A stretch of DNA of 64,000 nucleotides from assembly GCA_964016885.1 (NCBI GenBank), contig OZ024742.1, forward strand, positions 16,120,001 to 16,184,000, in the 5' to 3' direction. This stretch comes from Eledone cirrhosa (taxonomy: Eukaryota). This document shows, piece after piece, positions 41,960 through 55,200 of the stretch. A model generated the notes under the pieces. That model saw nothing but the letters and a program-made list of their open reading frames with translations, had not been told where the DNA came from and searched no databases. How positions within the stretch are numbered: the first letter of the stretch is position 1; each line of letters starts with the position of its first letter. The position numbers were made by a program, and so were the translations under genes.

Positions 41960-43539
41960 TATGAAGAGAGAAGAAACATTTAGATATAATTAGTAATAAA
42001 ATGTATCAGACCTAAACTGCTCCTAGATTCCTCGACTACGTAGTTTCGTGGCATAAACAAAAACAATACATCATAAAGATATAGAGTCCTTGCGAGGTCT
42101 GCCGACTTATCAAGAGGATACCTCATTTTACTAGTTTCAAGAACGCGTATGATACATTTTATTACTAATTATATCTAAATGTTTCTTCTCTCTTCATAAT
42201 GTATTTTTAACTCTGATACTGGTTCAGTCTAATTCAACCGGATTGGTCTGTCCCAGTCATTCATTGAGCAACATCGGTAAGGTTGGCACCATTAACTCAC
42301 GGTTGGGTGTGGATGCATTCATGTATATGTGTGTGTCCGCATGTATCTGTGTGTTTCTAAATATATTGTTCATAACTCCCTCTGGTCGAGTAATCTTTGA
42401 AGTGTGGTGACTGCTGGAAAGCTGCCATTACTCATACTTCTCGCCTCCTTCACCACCTCTTCTACGGCTTCGATATATACCCCCTCCGCCTCCGTGGTAT
42501 TTTCTTCGGGGTTATAAGAGGCTTAGCTCTGTTTCTCGACCGTTATATCGCGTGACTATCTCCCCCTCCGCCTTTTGGGATTCTTTCTCACGTCGTGTAG
42601 ACGCGTTCTTGAAGCTAGTAAAATGAGGTATCCTCTTGATAAGTCGGCAGACCTCGCAAGGACTCTATATCTTTATGATGTATTGTTTTTGTTTATGCCA
42701 CGAAACTACGTAGTCGAGGAATCTAGGAGCAGTTTAGGTTTGATACATTTTATTACTAATTATATCTAACTGTTTCTTCTCTCTTCATAATGTATTTTTA
42801 ACTCTGATACTGGTTCAGTCTAATTCAACCGGATTGGTCTGTCCCAGTCATTCATTGAGCAACATCGGTAAGGTTGGCACCATTAACTCACGGTTGGGTG
42901 TGGATGCATTCATGTATATGTGTGTGTCCGCATGTATCTGTGTGTTTCTAAATATATTGTTCATAACTCCCTCTGGTCGAGTAATCTTTGAAGTGTGGTG
43001 ACTGCTGGAAAGCTGCCATTACTCATACTTCTCGCCCCCTTCACCACCTCTTCTACGGCCTCGATATAAATACCCCTCCGCCTCCGTGGTATTTTCTTCG
43101 GGGTTATAAGAGGCTTAGCTCTGTTTCTCGACCGTTATATCGCGTGACTATCTCCCCCTCCGCCTTTTGGAATTCTTTCTCACGTCGTGTAGACGCGTTC
43201 TTGAAGCTAGTAAAATGAGGTATCCTCTTGATAAGTCGGCAGACCTCGCAAGGACTCTATATCTTTATGATGTATTGTTTTTGTTTATGCCACGAAACTA
43301 CGTAGTCGAGGAATCTAGGAGCAGTTTAGGTATGATACATTTTATTACTAATTATATCTAAATGTTTCTTCTCTCTTCATAATGTATTTTAACTCTGATA
43401 CTGGTTCAGTCTAATTCAACCGGATTGGTCTGTCCCAGTCATTCATTGAGCAACATCGGTAAGGTTGGCACCATTAACTCACGGTTGGGTGTGGATGCAT
43501 TCATGTATATGTGTGTGCCCGCATGTATCTGTGTGTTTC

Positions 43540-43545
<6 letters not shown>
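41958..43545. repeat. ~592-bp tandem repeat with U3-A8 hammerhead (retrozyme family C); minus arm 41958-42148, plus array after
   Basis: Period 591-592 (42575/43167); HHRs at 42029-42118(-), 42631-42720(+), 43223-43312(+). Confidence 0.85.
42631..42720 (+). ncRNA. Hammerhead variant with compensatory U3-A8 core
   Basis: tcctc TTGATAA gtcggca..tgccac GAAA ctacgtag TC gagga. Confidence 0.72.
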
Positions 43546-43583
<38 letters not shown>

Positions 43584-43648
43584 CGTATATATATATGGGG
43601 ATATTTAAACATGTGTTTGTGTGTATTATATGTTACGTCCCTTTATGA

Positions 43649-43715
43649 TCAAATCCCGCCGAGGTTAACTTTGCCTTTCATCCTTACGGGGTCGATAAAA
43701 TAAAGTACCAGTAAT
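43649..43715 (+). mobile_element. SINE fragment
   Basis: tcaaatcccgccgaggttaactttgcctttcatccttacggggtcgataaaa. Confidence 0.8.
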
Positions 43716-43899
43716 GATATATATATATATATACTTCCAACACATATACACTTTACATATTACACAATTCAAACAAACTACGACCCCCCCCCCACACACA
43801 CACCCGCACCACCCACACCCCACACCCACCCACACACATACACATATATTAATTTAGTGTGCATGTGTTTACGTGTATGTGAGGTAAAATTGTCTATAT

Positions 43900-44372
43900 G
43901 TATTTATGTATATATTGTGTATGTGTTATGTGTGTGTTGTGTATATATTGTGTATGTGTGTCTTGTGTATGTGTGGTGTGTGTTGTGTGTTGTATATATG
44001 TGGTGTGTGTTGTGTGTGTGGTGTATATATTGCGTGTGTGTTGTGTATATGTGGTGTGTGTTGTGTGTGGTGTGTGTGTGTGGTGTGTGTGGTGTGTGGT
44101 GTGTGGTGTGTGTGGTGTGTGTGTAGTGTGTGTTGTGTATATGTGGTGTGTGTTGTTGTGTGGTGTGTGGTGTGTGTTGTGTACGTGTTGTGTATGTTAT
44201 GTATATGTGTGGTGTATGTGGCGTGTGTGTGTTGTGTATATGTGGTGTGTGGTGTGTGGTGTGTGGTGTGTGTGTGTGTGGTGTGTGTGTGGTGTGTGTG
44301 GTGTGTGTGTGGTGTGTGTGGTGTGTGTGTGGTGTGTGTGTGGTGTGTGGTGTGTGGTGTGTGGTGTGTGTG
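43900..44372. repeat. (TG)/(TGG) low-complexity repeat
   Basis: Direct reading. Confidence 0.9.
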
Positions 44373-45071
44373 ACGGCGGGGTGTTAATTGCACTAAATTC
44401 GGTCCTGATTGTAATCAGCCGAAAAGAACAAGAAATCGATATTAGCTGAGCTGATAATGTTGTAGAATGTCGGGAGATATGGATGTGTTTCTAATTCCAG
44501 CCACAATACACCATACTCCGTACAGCAGAGCATATTACCACCATCGTAATAATAACCACCAACACCTCCACCTCCACCACCACCGCCAACACCATAGGAG
44601 AGAGAGGGAGAGAGAGGGAGAGGAGAGCGAGGGAGAGGGGGGAAGGAGAGATAGAGAAAGGGAGAGAGAGGGAGAAGGAGAGCGAGGGAGAGGGGGAGAA
44701 GGAGAGATAGAGAGAGGGAGAGAGAGAGAAGGAGAGAGAGAATATATATACTTATATAAGAATATATAAGACTTGCGAGTAATCAACGTAACCAAACAGA
44801 ACTTAACCTTAGTTAGGGTCACAGAAATAAGGTCAACCATACCTCGGAGGAAACTAGTGTAAATTTTCTCTCAAGACCAAAGAGAAAATTGTTGATGTTT
44901 TGGTTAGAAATACTAATTAGAAAGATGCCATCTCTTTTACCTGCTTCCTCTTCCCCTTCCTTCTTTTATTTTCAGTCTTTCTCCCTCACCTCCCATCCGC
45001 CCCTCTCTCTCTCTCTCTAATTTGATATGTGTATGTATATATATAAGTATGTATGTTTACTCACACATACA

Positions 45072-45178
<107 letters not shown>

Positions 45179-45302
45179 GTAGGAGGTGAGTTTTATTGTA
45201 GCACAATAAAGCAATGCAAATATCGGATAAGTAGCACTCTACAGTTTGTAGGACTGGAGTATATATAATATAAGATCAAAAGATGGTTAAAAGAGTTCCA
45301 AG

Positions 45303-45373
45303 TATTTTATTATGCGTATTTCAAAAACAAATAGCATCATGGGATGATATCTGCGTTCTCATCAGATAAAATA
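45303..45373 (-). ncRNA. Type I hammerhead ribozyme (same family as 28716)
   Basis: Minus strand: tattttat CTGATGA gaacgcagatatc.. GAAA tacgca TA ataaaata. Confidence 0.75.
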
Positions 45374-45471
45374 GGGATACATGATATGAAGCTTAAAAAA
45401 CACTTGTGAATAGTGAAGTTCTAAATCAACATAAATAAATACTTGGAACTCTTTTAACCATCTTTTTATCT

Positions 45472-45552
<81 letters not shown>

Positions 45553-45753
45553 AGAAAAACCACAGACCCTCCATCTCAACTCTACTTTTGAAAAGCAGAA
45601 GAACTGCGAAACCGGTAAAGGAACCAAATAAATATATATATATTTTTATAAAATAAGACTCCAGTTGCATTTTCGATTTCATCTTTTTTTCTTTATACTT
45701 TCACTCGTGTAGGACACCTCGGTTATTTTTCATTTTGTAAAAAAAAGCCTCAC

Positions 45754-45798
<45 letters not shown>

Positions 45799-45846
45799 GG
45801 AAAATGTATGACCCGGACGACAGAGCTCAAGCCGTTTCGACAGCTA

Positions 45847-45883
<37 letters not shown>

Positions 45884-46268
45884 AGTATACTGAAAATAAT
45901 TCAAGTCAGATTTGCAGTTTTTGTAGAAATTTTGTTTGCATACTACAATTGTTTCAATATCGATCAGCACGGGTGTGATCAAGGCGATCGAAGCCCGACT
46001 CTTCTTCGACATCTCCTCAGATATGTGACTTTACATGCGGGAACCATATCTAAACTATATATATATAGGAAAATGATTAACCACGACGGCAGAGCTCAAG
46101 CCGTTTCGAAGGCTATTTCGACGACTATTTGCGCCCAGAAATAGTTAATTCATTTGGTCCTCAATGTTTATCATTGACTGACTAAGGTGAAAAATACAGA
46201 TATAATATAGATAAAAACACATATATATAGTCTAACAAAGTTCTTTCGTTGCACATCTGCAACATCAC

Positions 46269-49200
46269 ATCAGTGGTACTGTTATGTTCCTATCAGTGGT
46301 ACTATTTTGTTCCTATCAGTGGTACTGTTATATTCCTATCTGTGGTACTATTATGTTCTTATCAGTAGTACTGTTATGTTCCTATCAGTGGTACTATTCT
46401 GTTCATATCAGTGCTACAGTTATGTTCCTATCAGTGGTACTCTTATGTTCCTATCAGTGGTACTATTATGTTCCTATCAGTGGTACTGTTGTGTTCCTAT
46501 CAGTGGTACTATTATGTTCCTATCAGTGGTACTATTATGTTCATATCAGTGGTACTATTATGTTCCTATCAGTGGTACTATTATGTTCCTATCAGTGGTA
46601 CTGTTGTGTTCCTATCAGTGGTACTATTATGTTCCTATCAGTGGTACTGTTATGTTCCTATCAGTGGTACTCTTATGTTCCTATCAGTGGTACTGTTATG
46701 TTCCTATCAGTGGTACTGTTACGTTCCTATCAGTGGTACTGTTATGTTCATATCAGTGGTACTATTATGTTCATATCAGTGGTACTATTATGTTCATATC
46801 AGTGGTACTATTGTGTTCCTATCAGTGATACTATTATGATCCTATCAGTCGTACTATTATGTTATTATCAGTTGTACTCTTATGTTCCTATCAGTTATAC
46901 TATTATGTTACTATCAGTGGTACTATTATGTTCCTATCAGTGGTACTATTATGTTCCTATCAGTGGTACTATTATGTTCATATCAGTGGTACTATTATGT
47001 TCATATCAGTGGTACTGTTATGTTCATATCAGTGGTACTGTTATGTTCATATCAGTGGTACTGTTATGTTCCTATTAGTGGTACTGTTATGTTCCTATCA
47101 GTGGTACTATTATGTTCCTATCAGTGGTACTATTATGTTCATATCAGTGGTACTATTATGTTCATATCAGTGGTACTGTTATGTTCATATCAGTGGTACT
47201 GTTATGTTCCTATCAGTGGTACTGTTATGTTCCTATCAGTGGTACTGTTATGTTCATATCAGTGGTACTGTTATGTTCCTATCAGTGGTACTGTTATGTT
47301 CCTATGAGTGGTACTATTATGTTCATATGAGTGGTACTGTTATGTTCATATCAGCGGTACTATTACGTTCATATCAGTTGTACTCTTATGTTCCTATTAG
47401 TGGTACTATTATATTCCTATCAGTGGTACTATTATGTTCCTATCAGTGGTACTATTATGTTCCTATCAGTGGTACTATTATGTTCCTATGAGTGGTACTA
47501 TTATGTTCATATCAGTGGTACTATTATGTTCATATCAGTGGTACTGTTATGTTCCTATCAGTGGTACTGTTACGTTGATATCAGTGGTACTGTTATGTTC
47601 ATATCAGTGGTACTATTCTGTTCCTATCAGTGGTACTGTTATGTTCCTATCAGTAGTACTGTTATGTTCCTATCAGTGGTACTGTTATGTTCATATCAGT
47701 GGTACTATTATGTTCCTATCAGTGGTACTGTTATGTTCATATCAGTGGTACTATTATGTTCATATCAGTGATACTGTTATGTTCATATCAGTGGTACTCT
47801 TATGTTCCTATCAGTGGTACTATTATGTTCATATCAGTGGTACTGTTATGTTCCTATCAGTGGTACTATTATGTTCATATCAGTGGTACTATTATTTTCC
47901 CATCAGTGGTACTGTTATGTTCCTATCAGTGGTACTGTTATGTTCATATCAGTTATACTATTATGTTCCTATCAGTGGTACTGTTATTTTCATATCAGTG
48001 GTACTGTTATGTTCATATCAGTGGTACTATTATGTTCCTATCAGTGGTACTATTATGTTCCTATCAGTGGTACTATTATGTTCCTATCTGTTGTACTGTT
48101 ATGTTCCTATCAGTTATACTATTATGTTACTATCAGTGGTACTATTATGTTCATATCAGTGGTACTGTTATGTTCCTATCAGTTATACTATTATGTTACT
48201 ATCAGTGGTACTATTATGTTCATATCAGTGGTACTGTTATGTTCCTATCCGTGGTACGATTATGTTCATATCAGTGGTACTATTATGTTCCTATCAGTGG
48301 TACTATTATTTTCATATCAGTGGTACTGTTATGTTCATATCAGTGGTACTGTTATGTTCCTATCAGTGGTACTGTTATGTTCCTATCAGTGGTACTGTTA
48401 TGTTCCTATCAGTGGTACTGTTATGTTCCTATCAGTGGTACTATTATGTTCCTATCAGTGGTACTATTATGTTCCTATCAGTGGTACTGTTATGTTCCTA
48501 TCAATGGTACTGTTATGTTCCTATCAGTGGTACTGTTATGTTCCTATCAGTGGTACTGTTATGTTCCTATCAGTGGTACTGTTATGTTCCTATCAGTGGT
48601 ACTATTATGTTCCTATCAGTGGTACTATTATGTTCCTATCAGTGGTACTGTTATGTTCCTATCAATGGTACTGTTATGTTCCTATCAGTGGTACTGTTAT
48701 GTTCATATCAGTGGTACTGTTATGTTCCTATCAGTGGTACTGTTATGTTCCTATCAGTGGTACTGTTGTGTTCCTATCAATGGTACTGTTATGTTCCTAT
48801 CAGTGGTACTGTTATGTTCATATCAATGGTACTGTTATGTTCATATCAGTGGTACTGTTATGTTCCTATCAGTGGTACTGTTATGTTCCTATCAGTGGTA
48901 CTGTTATGTTCCTATCAGTGGTACTCTTATGTTCCTATCAGTGGTACTATTATGTTCCTATCAGTGGTACTGTTGTGTTCCTATCAGTGGTACTATTATG
49001 TTCCTATCAGTGGTACTATTATGTTCATATCAGTGGTACTATTATGTTCCTATCAGTGGTACTATTATGTTCCTATCAGTGGTACTGTTGTGTTCCTATC
49101 AGTGGTACTATTATGTTCCTATCAGTGGTACTGTTATGTTCCTATCAGTGGTACTCTTATGTTCCTATCAGTGGTACTGTTATGTTCCTATCAGTGGTAC

Positions 49201-52200
49201 TGTTACGTTCCTATCAGTGGTACTGTTATGTTCATATCAGTGGTACTATTATGTTCATATCAGTGGTACTATTATGTTCATATCAGTGGTACTATTGTGT
49301 TCCTATCAGTGATACTATTATGATCCTATCAGTCGTACTATTATGTTATTATCAGTTGTACTCTTATGTTCCTATCAGTTATACTATTATGTTACTATCA
49401 GTGGTACTATTATGTTCCTATCAGTGGTACTATTATGTTCCTATCAGTGGTACTATTATGTTCATATCAGTGGTACTATTATGTTCATATCAGTGGTACT
49501 GTTATGTTCATATCAGTGGTACTGTTATGTTCATATCAGTGGTACTGTTATGTTCCTATTAGTGGTACTGTTATGTTCCTATCAGTGGTACTATTATGTT
49601 CCTATCAGTGGTACTATTATGTTCATATCAGTGGTACTATTATGTTCATATCAGTGGTACTGTTATGTTCATATCAGTGGTACTGTTATGTTCCTATCAG
49701 TGGTACTGTTATGTTCCTATCAGTGGTACTGTTATGTTCATATCAGTGGTACTGTTATGTTCCTATCAGTGGTACAGTTATGTTCCTATGAGTGGTACTA
49801 TTATGTTCATATGAGTGGTACTGTTATGTTCATATCAGCGGTACTATTACGTTCATATCAGTTGTACTCTTATGTTCCTATTAGTGGTACTATTATATTC
49901 CTATCAGTGGTACTATTATGTTCCTATCAGTGGTACTATTATGTTCCTATCAGTGGTACTATTATGTTCCTATGAGTGGTACTATTATGTTCATATCAGT
50001 GGTACTATTATGTTCATATCAGTGGTACTGTTATGTTCCTATCAGTGGTACTGTTACGTTGATATCAGTGGTACTGTTATGTTCATATCAGTGGTACTAT
50101 TCTGTTCCTATCAGTGGTACTGTTATGTTCCTATCAGTAGTACTGTTATGTTCCTATCAGTGGTACTGTTATGTTCATATCAGTGGTACTATTATGTTCC
50201 TATCAGTGGTACTGTTATGTTCATATCAGTGGTACTATTATGTTCATATCAGTGATACTGTTATGTTCATATCAGTGGTACTCTTATGTTCCTATCAGTG
50301 GTACTATTATGTTCATATCAGTGGTACTGTTATGTTCCTATCAGTGGTACTATTATGTTCATATCAGTGGTACTATTATTTTCCCATCAGTGGTACTGTT
50401 ATGTTCCTATCAGTGGTACTGTTATGTTCATATCAGTTATACTATTATGTTCCTATCAGTGGTACTGTTATTTTCATATCAGTGGTACTGTTATGTTCAT
50501 ATCAGTGGTACTATTATGTTCCTATCAGTGGTACTATTATGTTCCTATCAGTGGTACTATTATGTTCCTATCTGTTGTACTGTTATGTTCCTATCAGTTA
50601 TACTATTATGTTACTATCAGTGGTACTATTATGTTCATATCAGTGGTACTGTTATGTTCCTATCAGTTATACTATTATGTTACTATCAGTGGTACTATTA
50701 TGTTCATATCAGTGGTACTGTTATGTTCCTATCCGTGGTACGATTATGTTCATATCAGTGGTACTATTATGTTCCTATCAGTGGTACTATTATTTTCATA
50801 TCAGTGGTACTGTTATGTTCATATCAGTGGTACTGTTATGTTCCTATCAGTGGTACTGTTATGTTCCTATCAGTGGTACTGTTATGTTCCTATCAGTGGT
50901 ACTGTTATGTTCCTATCAGTGGTACTATTATGTTCCTATCAGTGGTACTATTATGTTCCTATCAGTGGTACTGTTATGTTCCTATCAATGGTACTGTTAT
51001 GTTCCTATCAGTGGTACTGTTATGTTCCTATCAGTGGTACTGTTATGTTCCTATCAGTGGTACTGTTATGTTCCTATCAGTGGTACTATTATGTTCCTAT
51101 CAGTGGTACTATTATGTTCCTATCAGTGGTACTGTTATGTTCCTATCAATGGTACTGTTATGTTCCTATCAGTGGTACTGTTATGTTCATATCAGTGGTA
51201 CTGTTATGTTCCTATCAGTGGTACTGTTATGTTCCTATCAGTGGTACTGTTGTGTTCCTATCAATGGTACTGTTATGTTCCTATCAGTGGTACTGTTATG
51301 TTCATATCAATGGTACTGTTATGTTCATATCAGTGGTACTGTTATGTTCCTATCAGTGGTACTGTTATGTTCCTATCAGTGGTACTGTTATGTTCCTATC
51401 AGTGGTACTATTATGTTCATATCAGTGGTACTATTATGTTCATATCAGTGGTACTATTATGTTCATATCAGAGGTACTATTATGTTCCTATCAGTGATAC
51501 TATTATGATCCTATCAGTCGTACTATTATGTTATTATCAGTTGTACTCTTATGTTCCTATCAGTTATACTATTATGTTCATATCAGTGGTACTATTATGT
51601 TCCTATCAGTGGTACTATTATGTTCATATCAGTGGTACTATTATGTTCATATAAGTGGTACTATTATGTACCTATCAGTGGTACTATTTTGTTCCTATCA
51701 GTGGTGCTATTATGTTCCTATCAGTGGTACTGTTATGTTCATATCAGTGGTACTATTATGTTCCTATCAGTGGTACTATTATGTTCCTATCAGTGGTACT
51801 GTTGTGTTCCTATCAGTGGTACTATTATGTTCCTATCAGTGGTACTATTATGTTCATATCAGTGATACTGTTGTGTTCCTATCAGTGGTACTATTATGTT
51901 CCTATCAGTGGTGCTATTATGTTCCTATCAGTGGTACTGTTATGTTAATATCAGTGGTACTATTATGTTCCTATCAGTGGTACTATTATGTTCCTATCAG
52001 TGGTACTGTTGTGTTCCTATCAGTGGTACTATTATGTTCATATCAGTGGTACTGTTATGTTCCTATCAGTGGTACTATTATGTTCCTATCAGTGGTACTA
52101 TTATGTTCATATCAGTGATACTGTTATGTTCATATCAGTGGTACTGTTTTGTTCCTATCAGTGGTACTATTATGTTCATATCAGTGGTACTATTATTTTC

Positions 52201-55200
52201 CCATCAGTGGTACAATTATGTTCCTATCAGTGGTACTGTTATGTTCCTATCAGTGGTACTGTTATGTTCATATCAGTTGTACTATTATGTTCCTATCAGT
52301 GGTACTGTTATGTTCATATCAGTTGTACTATTATGTTCCTATCAGTGTTACTGTTATTTTCATATCAGTGGTACTGTTATGTTCATATCAGTGGTACTAT
52401 TATGTTCATATCAGTGGTACTATTATTTTCCCATCAGTGGTACAATTATGTACCTATCAGTGGTACTGTTATGTTCCTATCAGTGGTACAATTATGTTCC
52501 TATCAGTGGTACTGTTATGTTCCTATCAGTGGTACAATTATGTTCCTATCAGTAGTACTATTATGTTCCTATCAGTGGTACAATTATGTACCTATCAGTG
52601 GTACTATTATGTTCCTATCAGTGGTACTATTATGTTCCTATCAGTGGTACAATTATGTTCCTATCAGTGGTACTGTTATGTTCCTATCAGTGGTACTATT
52701 ATATTCATATCAGTGTTACTGTTATGTTCATATCAGTGGTACTGTTATGTTTCTATCAGTGGTACTATTATGTTCCTATCAGTGGTACTATTATGTTCAT
52801 ATCAGTGGTACTGTTATGTTCCTATCAGTGGTACTATTATGTTCATATCAGTGGTACTATTATTTTCCCATCAGTGGTACAATTATGTTCCTATCAGTGG
52901 TACTGTTATGTTCCTATCAGTGGTACTGTTATGTTCCTATCAGTGTTACTGTTATGTCCATATCAGTGGTACTGTTATGTTCCTATCAGTGTCACTATTA
53001 TGTTCATATCAGTGGTCCTGTTATGTTCATATCAGCGGTACTATTATGTTCATATCAGTTGTACTCTTATGTTCCTATTAGTGGTACTATTATATTCCTA
53101 TCAGTGGTACTGTTATGTTCCTATGAGTGGTACTATTATATTCCTATCAGTGGTACTGTTACGTTCCTATCAGTGGTACTGTTATGTTCCTATCAGTGGT
53201 ACTGTTTTGTTCCTATCAGTGGTACTATTATGTTCCTATCAGTGGTACTATTATGTTCATATCAGTGGTACTATTATGTTCCTATCAGTGGTACTATTAT
53301 GTTCATATCAGTGGTAATATTATGTTCATATCAGTGGTACTATTATGTACCTATCAGTGGTACTATTATGTTCCTATCAGTGGTACTATTATGTTCATAT
53401 CAGTGGTACTATTATGTTCCTATCAGTGGTACTGTTATGTTCATATCAGTGGTACTATTATGTTCCTATCAGTGGTACTATTATGTTCCTATCAGTGGTA
53501 CTGTTACGTTCCTATCAGTGGTACTGTTATGTTCATATCAGTGGTACTATTATGTTCATATCAGTGATACTGTTATGTTCATATCAGTGGTACTCTTATG
53601 TTCCTATTAGTGGTACTATTATGTTCCTATCAGTGGTACTGTTATGTTCCTATGTGTGGTACTATTATGTTCCTATCAGTGGTACTATTATGTTCCTATC
53701 AGTGGTACTATTATGTTCATATCAGTGGTACTGTTATGTTCCTATCAGTGGTACTATTATGTTCATATCAGTGGTACTATTATTTTCACATCAGTGGTAC
53801 AATTATGTTCCTATCAGTGGTACTGTTATGTTCCTATCAGTGGTACTGTTATGTTCCTATCAGTGGTACTGTTATGTTCCTATCAGTGGTACTATTATGT
53901 TCATATCAGTGGTACTGTTATGTTTCTATCAGTGGTACTGTTATGTTCCTATCAGTGTCACTATTATGTTCATATCAGTGGTACTGTTATGTTTCTATCA
54001 GTGGTACTGTTATGTTCCTATCAGTGTCACTATTATGTTCATATGAGTGGTCCTGTTATGTTCCTATCAGTGGTCCTGTTATGTTCATATCAGTGGTACT
54101 ATTATGTTCATATCAGTTGTACTCTTATGTTCCTATTAGTGGTACTATTATATTCCTATCAGTGGTACTGTTATGTTCCTATGAGTGGTACTATTATGTT
54201 CATATCAGTGGCACTGTTACGTTCTTATCAGTGGTAGTGTTATGTTCCTGTCCGTGGTACTGTTATGTTACTATCAGTGGTACTGTTATGTTCATATCAG
54301 TGGTACTGTTATGTTCCTATCAGTGGTACTGTTATGTTCCTATCAGTGGTACTGTTTTGTTCCTATCAGTGGTACTATTATGTTCCTATCAGTGGTACTA
54401 TTATGTTCATATCAGTGGTACTATTATGTTCCTATCAGTGGTACTATTATGTTCATATCAGTGGTACTATTATGTTCATATCAGTGGTACTATTATGTAC
54501 CTATCAGTGGTACTATTATGTTCCTATCAGTGGTGCTATTATGTTCCTATCAGTGGTACTGTTATGTTCATATCAGTGGTACTATTATGTTCCTATCAGT
54601 GGTACTTTTATGTTCCTATCAGTGGTACTATTATGTTCATATCAGTGATACTGTTATGTTCCTATCAGTGGTAATATTATGTTCCTATCAGTGGTACTGT
54701 TATGTTCCTATCAGTGGTACTATTATGTTCCTATCAGTGGTACTATTATGTTCCTATCAGTGGTAATATTATGTTCATATCAGTGGTACTGTTATGTTCC
54801 TATCAGTGGTACTATTATGTTCATATCAGTGGTACTATTATTTTCACATCAGTGGTACAATTATGTACCTATCAGTGGTACTATTATGTTCCTATCAGTG
54901 TTGCTATTATGTTCCTATCAGTGGTACTGTTATGTTCATATCAGTGGTACTATTATGTTCATATCAGTGATACTGTTATGTTCATATCAGCGGTACTCTT
55001 ATGTTCCTATCAGTGGTACTATTATGTTCATATGAGTGGTACTGTTATGTTCCTATCAGTGGTACTATTATGTTCATATCAGTGGTACTATTATTTTCCC
55101 ATCAGTGGTACAATTATGTTCCTATCAGTGGTACTGTTATGTTCCTATCAGTGGTACTGTTATGTTCATATCAGTTGTACTATTATGTTCCTATCAGTGG

